NCBI RefSeq assembly: GCF_000195975.1 | Contig: NC_005070.1 | Location: forward strand, 1,110,001 to 1,142,000 | Direction: 5' to 3' | Length of the DNA: 32,000 bases | Source: Parasynechococcus marenigrum WH 8102 | GTDB taxonomy: Bacteria > Cyanobacteriota > Cyanobacteriia > PCC-6307 > Cyanobiaceae | Shown: positions 26,514 to 32,000 of the stretch, one piece after another | Numbering within the stretch: the stretch's first letter is position 1 | How the letters are laid out: each line of letters starts with the position of its first letter | Translations under genes and position numbers: made by a program | Notes under the pieces: model-generated | What the model was told of the DNA's origin: nothing | What the model saw: the letters and a program-made list of their open reading frames with translations, nothing else | The model's database searches: none

Positions 26514-26804
26514 CTAAGTATTTCTCTCAGCTCGTTGGCGAAGCTTGTTCAGTTGATTGTTGAGGCGGAACTTCAGTTGACGAAGGTTTTCGAGGTTGGC
26601 GCGGTATTCGCCGGCGCTCCAGTGCTGTGGATGCGCAACTCGTATTTCCAGCTCTCGTAAGCGTGAGCGATCAGATTGCATTGCGCGCATCAAGAGGGAA
26701 TACCAGCGTGTCGTCGACTGATCAGCGGTGGCATGGTTATTTTTCCCTATGGAGATACGCGGCTTCGACAACGTGAATTTCTTGAGGTTGCCACCCTCTG
26801 CCAC
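26514..26804 (-). CDS. hypothetical coiled-coil protein (start uncertain)
   Basis: The GTG start lies inside the left iteron array. An alternative ATG at 26690 gives 58 aa. Confidence 0.3.
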   Translation of the reverse strand: MAEGGNLKKFTLSKPRISIGKNNHATADQSTTRWYSLLMRAMQSDRSRLRELEIRVAHPQHWSAGEYRANLENLRQLKFRLNNQLNKLRQRAERNT

Positions 26805-26839
26805 CTACTTGTCACCACTTTGCCACCTCAAATGCCACC
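26789..26839 (-). repeat. left iteron array: five TG(C/T)CACC repeats with spacings of 10, 11, 11 and 12 bp
   Basis: Repeat starts at 26789, 26799, 26810, 26821 and 26833. The inner 21 nt are the exact reverse complement of 27026-27046. Confidence 0.8.
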
Positions 26840-27025
26840 CATATATCCCAGTCGTATCAATCGATTTGCGGGATAGCTGATCCGAATTTGGGGGGCCCCC
26901 AGTGTGTTGCACAAACCGGCGGCTTAATACTCAACAGTGATCGCACCAGCCTTGAAATATATGTGGGGGGGTATCAATTCTGTATCTCTACTGCTTCTAA
27001 TCCGTCTCTACCACTGTGATTTGGG

Positions 27026-27077
27026 GGTGGCATTTGAGGTGGCAAACCGGTGGCAAACGGGTGGCAAGTGGGTGGCA
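27026..27077 (+). repeat. right iteron array: five GGTGGCA repeats with spacings of 12, 11, 11 and 11 bp
   Basis: Repeat starts at 27026, 27038, 27049, 27060 and 27071. The array ends 3 nt before the stop of the 769-aa gene. Confidence 0.8.
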
Positions 27078-27080
27078 CGT

Positions 27081-29390
27081 CTAACGAACCACCCGGATTG
27101 ACAAGCCGCCATCAAACACTTGGACTAAGCCACGGCTTTGCAGCATCAGCGCCATTTGCTTTAGTACGGCAAGTGTTGGTCGATCCTTACTGCTCCAGCT
27201 TTTGCGGATTGAACTAAGTGCAACACCTCGACCTGGCGCTTTGCCTTGCTTCTTACGAGCTTTCTCCAGCAGCTTGTCGGCGAGCTCAAGCATCGGATTC
27301 CTGGCACGTTCGTGAAGCTCAACTGCCCTGGTTTTGCCGGCCATCACCAAGTTGGCGGCCAGCTGGAGCGAACGCTCGGAAACAACCGTGGCGGGTTGCA
27401 CCATGCCACGCTCCACCAGTTCTTCTTGACCGGTGGCAATACGGATGAAATGGATTGCCGCCGCTACTCGCAGCACCTGCCCAGGTCCCTTCGCCCACAG
27501 TGCTTCAACCTCTTCACTGCAAGCCTGCAGCGATAAATTCTCAAGCTGGTTGAACAAGCTGGTGAAGAGTTGCTCTGCAACTGCTGACAGCACGTAGGCA
27601 TGGTTCCCGTCTTGGAGGGCAGCCAAATAGAGATTGCCAAGAACAGCTGAAAGTTTCTCGGTGTTTACGTCACCGTCCACCAGCTGACGACGTGAACGAG
27701 GTAGGTGAACAAACAACGGCCTGGAGTTGAAGCCATTGGCGTTACCCGCCTCTAGTTGATCCAAAAATACCTTGGGTTGGATGCCGCCGATCACCCCCAA
27801 CTTCCCCGCACGAACCTCGCGGGATTTCTTGGCATCGGCAAAGACGTCGTTGCTGTAGGCACCGTCGTAGCTCGACAGCCAGAACTCAACATCACCCACA
27901 CCAGCACCACCCTCATCAGCCATCTGCTTAAGCCAGCCGTTTAACTCATCACGCACCAGCAGCCCTGGTACGTCTTCGCCATGGATCGCAAAATCTGCAC
28001 GGATCCCTTGGGTCGATGGCGCGGTGTAGATCAAATTGCGTTTTCGAAAAGCCGGTAGGTCTTCACCATCAGCAGCAGCGGTTTTGCGTCGTTGCTGCTC
28101 ACGTTCGTTCCAGCCATCAATGAACGCGATGGGCTTTGCCATTGGGCCGTTAATCAGCCATTGAAGCAACACAGATTTGGCCGTGCCACTGCTGCCGATG
28201 TGGAACACCCACACCGTGGGGATTTCCTCCATCGACCGACCACGGATGCGAACCTGAGGCGGCAACATCGCGGCGACGCCGGCCATCAACGTCATCACGA
28301 TGGCCTCATCACTGAACTTCAAGCCATCCCGCAGAACGCGGAACATCGGTAGCCAGTCGGCTGGAACGTAATCCGCCAAATGGATTTGGGGTGGCTCGCC
28401 ACGAAGCAGCAGGTCATCAAGTGCATCAGCAATATCCTGTTGACGCTCCAGCGACTCTCGATATTGCTCCGCAAACTTTGCAAGACCAAAGCCGTTTGAT
28501 CTAGTCCCGTATTGATTGACTAGCAACTGCACTTCATCTGCACTTGCACCCTGTTGTATTGCCTCTTTAATCTTGGTGTGTGCATCGTTTTCGTGCTGTT
28601 CGAGCGTCTCTATTGCTGACTTCCCCTTTGGCGTCGTTAGGCCATGACGTGCTAATTCCACTCTGGCCAGGTATTCATCAACTAGCTCATCAATATTACG
28701 GCGATTAAACGGCTTGATAATGTTTGCCCACTCTTCTGCAGAGCAGTTAATAGGTTTTTCCCACTGATCCTTTGGAAGCAGGAATAAATTAGCATTTTCG
28801 TGCTTTCCTCCCTTTCTAAGCTTTTTAGCAGTCCTTAAATTACGAACAAGTCCATGGCAAATACCTGGTTCACCGTCTGGATAGATGTGATGCTGTAGCT
28901 CCTCGCTCAGCAAAGTAAGCTCATAAAAGCGTGACCGCCACGTATTTGCCTCTACAAATTCGAATTGCATCAAAAGATCAATGGCTAGTGTGGCGAGGTC
29001 TCCACCACGTCGAAGAGAAAAACGATCATATTGCTGCCAACCTTGCTTAAGTAGATCAATGCAGTCACTTATCCATTGATCAACATCAATAGATAAATTC
29101 CTGGCATTGTCGCACTTAGCCTGGATTTTGTCGAGCGCAGACTGTGATGCCCACCACCGTTTATCTAAGACATCCCACAGCCAACAGGCCATTGGATGAA
29201 GTGGTGTGTAGTTTGGCTCTGGTTCACGATCGTCGTGGCCAAGCCATACGTCAAACAGATCACTTGCATAGTCCCAATGCTTAACGTTCCAGCCATAAGT
29301 CTCTTTGAGCTTCTTAAGCCGTTCAATCTCGGCATAGATAGGAGAATCGTCCTCAGGTGCTGAAGACTGCTGGACTGGTGCGTGCGCCAC
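27081..29390 (-). CDS. DUF3987-type P-loop NTPase (helicase-like replication protein) with an unassigned ~350-aa N-terminal region
   Basis: 769 aa. Walker A-like GSSGTAKS, Walker B-like LLVRDELNGW, plus GGIQP and NGFNSRPLFV motifs in the order recalled for DUF3987. Confidence 0.8.
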   Translation of the reverse strand: MAHAPVQQSSAPEDDSPIYAEIERLKKLKETYGWNVKHWDYASDLFDVWLGHDDREPEPNYTPLHPMACWLWDVLDKRWWASQSALDKIQAKCDNARNLSIDVDQWISDCIDLLKQGWQQYDRFSLRRGGDLATLAIDLLMQFEFVEANTWRSRFYELTLLSEELQHHIYPDGEPGICHGLVRNLRTAKKLRKGGKHENANLFLLPKDQWEKPINCSAEEWANIIKPFNRRNIDELVDEYLARVELARHGLTTPKGKSAIETLEQHENDAHTKIKEAIQQGASADEVQLLVNQYGTRSNGFGLAKFAEQYRESLERQQDIADALDDLLLRGEPPQIHLADYVPADWLPMFRVLRDGLKFSDEAIVMTLMAGVAAMLPPQVRIRGRSMEEIPTVWVFHIGSSGTAKSVLLQWLINGPMAKPIAFIDGWNEREQQRRKTAAADGEDLPAFRKRNLIYTAPSTQGIRADFAIHGEDVPGLLVRDELNGWLKQMADEGGAGVGDVEFWLSSYDGAYSNDVFADAKKSREVRAGKLGVIGGIQPKVFLDQLEAGNANGFNSRPLFVHLPRSRRQLVDGDVNTEKLSAVLGNLYLAALQDGNHAYVLSAVAEQLFTSLFNQLENLSLQACSEEVEALWAKGPGQVLRVAAAIHFIRIATGQEELVERGMVQPATVVSERSLQLAANLVMAGKTRAVELHERARNPMLELADKLLEKARKKQGKAPGRGVALSSIRKSWSSKDRPTLAVLKQMALMLQSRGLVQVFDGGLSIRVVR

Positions 29391-29472
29391 GGTAAACTCC
29401 GGGTGTGGACGGAAAAATGCTGGCGAGCTTTGCGTTCAAAGAGAGGGCCACCGTTCCAGCGGTGGCCTTCTT

Positions 29473-29670
29473 TTATGAGCAGTGTTCCGAGAAACCCTGC
29501 GCTGTTGCCCACTGCTCCAGGGCAAAACGAAGAACTGTCGAGTCACTGACACCCTCAACGAGTGCAGTGGTCTTCACGAAAGAAACAATCGGCTCTGGAA
29601 ACCGCGCGTGTAGCGCAGAAGTCATTGGCCCTTGATGTTTCTCCCGCTTGGCAAATGCCTGGATCGACAT
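29473..29670 (-). CDS. RHH-like small DNA-binding protein (tentative)
   Basis: 65 aa. The strand-helix-helix pattern ALHARFPEPIVSFVKTTALVEGVSDSTVLRFALEQW. Confidence 0.4.
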   Translation of the reverse strand: MSIQAFAKREKHQGPMTSALHARFPEPIVSFVKTTALVEGVSDSTVLRFALEQWATAQGFSEHCS

Positions 29671-29825
29671 GTCTTTAAGAGCAGAAAACTCTGTTACACT
29701 TATTCTATCAGCTGTGGCTTAATTAGACCCGCTTAAGTATTCACTACTGTGCTTCATTAGTTGGCTCCTCTTTCGATATCAGTAACAGCATCTTTGTGGT
29801 GATAAAGCCAGTCAGTTCGCCGACC

Positions 29826-30038
29826 TCACTTCACCGGCTTGATGCTGCTGGATCGAAACTGCCCTGCCAGCCTCCACTTCGTGAGAGTCTCGCTTGTGAC
29901 GCCTAGCCTTCTCGCAAGCTCACGCGGCGGCAACCACGCACTTGCTGTGGTTGGCGAACGATCCAGCAGCAGATTGATGTCATGACGCATTTGCCGCACT
30001 TCTGCGGTCAACGACGCCAACAATGAGGTTTCAGACAT
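29826..30038 (-). CDS. excisionase/AlpA-like HTH protein
   Basis: The HTH sequence LPPRELARRLGVTSETLTKWRLAG, located immediately downstream of the integrase gene on the same strand. The ORF also has a GTG at 30047. Confidence 0.6.
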   Translation of the reverse strand: MSETSLLASLTAEVRQMRHDINLLLDRSPTTASAWLPPRELARRLGVTSETLTKWRLAGQFRSSSIKPVK

Positions 30039-30191
30039 GAGGAACACCCAAGAGGAACTAGTCGTTAGTTCGCAAAGGCGCTGACGCCCGGGGCCTTGGA
30101 TGAACCTCTCACTGCCATAAGACGGCTTGCAAATTCAGTTTAACCCGTTTCTACTGTTCGCGCATGGGTGCTCCTCAGGCTTGTTAGTGGT

Positions 30192-31334
30192 TTAGAGATT
30201 TTCAGCAGCTCTCAGGATGTCTCTCTTCTGCATCGCAGCTGCATAGGTCCGCATGTGGATGCTGATGTCGTGCCCTGCTGCTTTGGCTGCCACTCCATCA
30301 CCAAGCTGGCTTTTCAGGATGGAGCGGATGCACCACGAATGTCTCAGGTTGCTGTTTTCGAGTTTCACCGTTCCACACCATCGGCTCTGAAGCCACTTGT
30401 TCATGCGATCGACGTGCCCTTTTGTTTTGTTGCTGTCGTAGGCGACAGGGTCAAGAAACTCATTTGGCCTCTCAACTGTGCAGATTTCGAGGGGTTCAAT
30501 CCACTCTTTCGGCAACGCCAGGGCTTCTCGTTGCTCTGGTGGTGCGTTTTTTTGCTTGATACCCAGGACTGATGCAGTCGCACCAGTTTCTGATGGCACC
30601 AAGCTGAACACCTCTGACACCCGACATCCGTAGACCAGCAGGGCTGCGAAGCACCAGCCATAAATGCTGGAATGACGGTTGTTCAACGCAAACTCAAACA
30701 GCTCTTCGTCTAACGGAAGCTTCGGCACCCTGGTTAGATACTTCGTATGGACCTTGTCGAGTTCTTTAGTTGGCAGCTCGGCAAACTTTGCCAATGCCTT
30801 GGCTTTCTGGCAGAACTCGTGGCGCGCCTTGCTCGCTGCTGGTAGTGACTTGGCAACCGCAACAAGTGCCTCAATCGTCAGCAGATCAGACGTGTCAGGA
30901 TTTTTCTTGAACGATGCCTCGATTCGATCCCACGTTCGCTTCGCTTGAGACTTCTGGGCCGTAGTGCTGACGTCCCGCTTTTCGTACCAGTCGGCTTTGA
31001 ACCTCGCTGTCCATGCACCAATGGTCTGGCTTTCAGATGGCTCCTCTGGCGCTTGGGTCGTTTCGCCCGATTGAAGCCAGCCGTCCCAGCTGAAGGTGCC
31101 GAGCTTTCTGTCAGTCGAAAGCTTGATCGCCAAAGTCTTGGCGCGATTCAGCCCTGCCTTGGTCGCATCACAACCGGTTGGGACGTCGTATTGAACCTCG
31201 TGGTTGCTCCCATCTTTGTGCGGCAAGACGGCTCTGAGGCAAAGCTTGTTGCGCCGTTGCCGGATTGAGACGCCAGCTTTTTCGGCCTTAAGACCTTGGT
31301 TGACGGCTTTGACGAGATCGCCAACTTCAGACAA
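30192..31334 (-). CDS. int: tyrosine integrase
   Basis: 380 aa. Catalytic Arg in YGCRVSEV, then LRHSWCIRS and AGHDISIHMRTY. It lies next to the tRNA target. Confidence 0.9.
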   Translation of the reverse strand: MSEVGDLVKAVNQGLKAEKAGVSIRQRRNKLCLRAVLPHKDGSNHEVQYDVPTGCDATKAGLNRAKTLAIKLSTDRKLGTFSWDGWLQSGETTQAPEEPSESQTIGAWTARFKADWYEKRDVSTTAQKSQAKRTWDRIEASFKKNPDTSDLLTIEALVAVAKSLPAASKARHEFCQKAKALAKFAELPTKELDKVHTKYLTRVPKLPLDEELFEFALNNRHSSIYGWCFAALLVYGCRVSEVFSLVPSETGATASVLGIKQKNAPPEQREALALPKEWIEPLEICTVERPNEFLDPVAYDSNKTKGHVDRMNKWLQSRWCGTVKLENSNLRHSWCIRSILKSQLGDGVAAKAAGHDISIHMRTYAAAMQKRDILRAAENL

Positions 31335-31452
31335 CGAAGCGCGCCCGAAAAGCTACCCCGTTTGCACCGTTGCACAAGGTTCTGGCCAGAGCTGCGATAG
31401 CGGCTGTGTCGGCGGTGCTTCATGCGGCACTTCGCGAGATCCCCTGCAGCGC

Positions 31453-31478
31453 AATAAAAAACCCCGTCAACGACGGGG
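31453..31478 (-). terminator. intrinsic terminator downstream of tRNA-Ser, on island-side DNA
   Basis: The minus strand reads CCCCGTC-GTT-GACGGGG followed by TTTTTTATT. Confidence 0.6.
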
Positions 31479-31503
31479 CTTTGAAGCGGTGGTGACTATC
31501 TGA

Positions 31504-31566
31504 AACGGAGAGGGTGGGATTCGAACCCACGGTGCCCGTGAAGACACGCTGGTTTTCAAGACCAGA
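31504..31566 (-). repeat. attR: repeat copy inside the intact tRNA-Ser
   Basis: 62/63 identical to 17218-17280. Confidence 0.9.
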
Positions 31567-31592
31567 GCCATAAACCACTCGACCACCTCTCC
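31506..31592 (-). tRNA. tRNA-Ser (anticodon UGA), 87 nt, CCA not encoded
   Basis: Acceptor GGAGAGG/CCTCTCC, anticodon arm CTGGT-CTTGAAA-ACCAG, long variable arm, T arm GTGGG-TTCGAAT-CCCAC, discriminator G. Confidence 0.9.
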
Positions 31593-31652
31593 AGGGTGTC
31601 AGCGCCTGAGCGATCAGACGCTGTTCAACTTTAAGTCAGCCGGATGCGACGA

Positions 31653-32000
31653 TCAGCTTTCCGGTTTGGCCAAGGGAAGCAGGCACTTGTCGGAATCACA
31701 GCCGGCCGGTCCGGCTTCCTTCAGTTCTCCGCTGTCGTAGCGCTGCAGTGCCTCGAAGAAATCGCTGCTGATGCGGCGTTGGATCACTTCGGATTGCAGC
31801 CGTTCGTAGGTGGCCGCATCGATGGGCTCAAACGGAAGGCGGGGGAAGGTGGCATTGGCATCAAACCGGGCCAGCAGTGCTGCGGAGATGTAGCCCTCGC
31901 CGTTGTCCATTGCCTTGTGCAGCGCTTCCGCCAGGGGCTCGATTTCGTGATCGCGGAATTCGATCGTGGCGGAGGTGTTGTGAGCGGTGTAGTGCGTCTG
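31653..32000 (-). CDS. hypothetical protein, C-terminal part (5' end lies outside the window)
   Basis: The frame is open from the window edge (QTHYTAHNTSATIEFRDHEIEPLAEALHKAMDNGEGY...). GC is core-like. No family recognised. Confidence 0.55.
   Translation of the reverse strand, partial: QTHYTAHNTSATIEFRDHEIEPLAEALHKAMDNGEGYISAALLARFDANATFPRLPFEPIDAATYERLQSEVIQRRISSDFFEALQRYDSGELKEAGPAGCDSDKCLLPLAKPES

Noticed and set aside
26302-26517. 71-aa plus-strand ORF.
   Set aside because: It is Trp/Cys/Arg-rich with no RBS. The region more likely holds small minus-strand ORFs or is noncoding, and I could not support any call.
26789-27077. Possible CRISPR array.
   Set aside because: The repeat unit is only 7 bp with a period of about 11 bp, there are two inverted blocks, and no spacers of CRISPR length or cas genes are present. 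The repeats are iterons, not CRISPR.

Overview
The window has two parts. Positions 1 to about 15090 are high-GC, tightly packed core chromosome resembling a marine Synechococcus-type picocyanobacterium: hemA (3' part), glgC, gnd, pgl, a CIA30-domain gene, ilvD, upp-like, a pentapeptide-repeat protein, a His-rich COG0523 GTPase, an EamA/SDR/beta-propeller operon, a LOG-family gene, a second SDR, a HIT protein and an RHH two-gene cassette. From about 15090 to the tRNA-Ser(UGA) gene (31506-31592, minus strand) the sequence is visibly lower in GC and poor in recognisable genes. Most of this tract is a complete integrative element of about 14.35 kb (17218-31566). It is bounded by a 63-bp direct repeat that equals the 3' 61 nt of the tRNA plus 2 nt. 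The tRNA-proximal half is a maintenance module: a tyrosine integrase, an Xis-like HTH protein, an RHH-like protein, a 769-aa DUF3987-type P-loop protein, two inverted arrays of five GGTGGCA iterons at about 11-bp spacing, a second catalytic-domain-only tyrosine recombinase, and an operon of small phage-like genes. One of those genes is interrupted by an in-frame TAG. The distal half is cargo made of two diverged copies of one module. Each copy has a palindromic operator-like site, a Yfr2-family-like sRNA gene, a ~370-bp highly structured noncoding repeat (398 bp counting the shared terminator) with convergent terminators, and tiny paralogous ORFs. The cargo half also holds a DUF4278 cassette, a tRNA-Pro 5' fragment and several short recurring motifs. 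No rRNA genes, CRISPR arrays or phage structural genes were seen. Family names come from motif recognition by eye and from memory, not from database searches.
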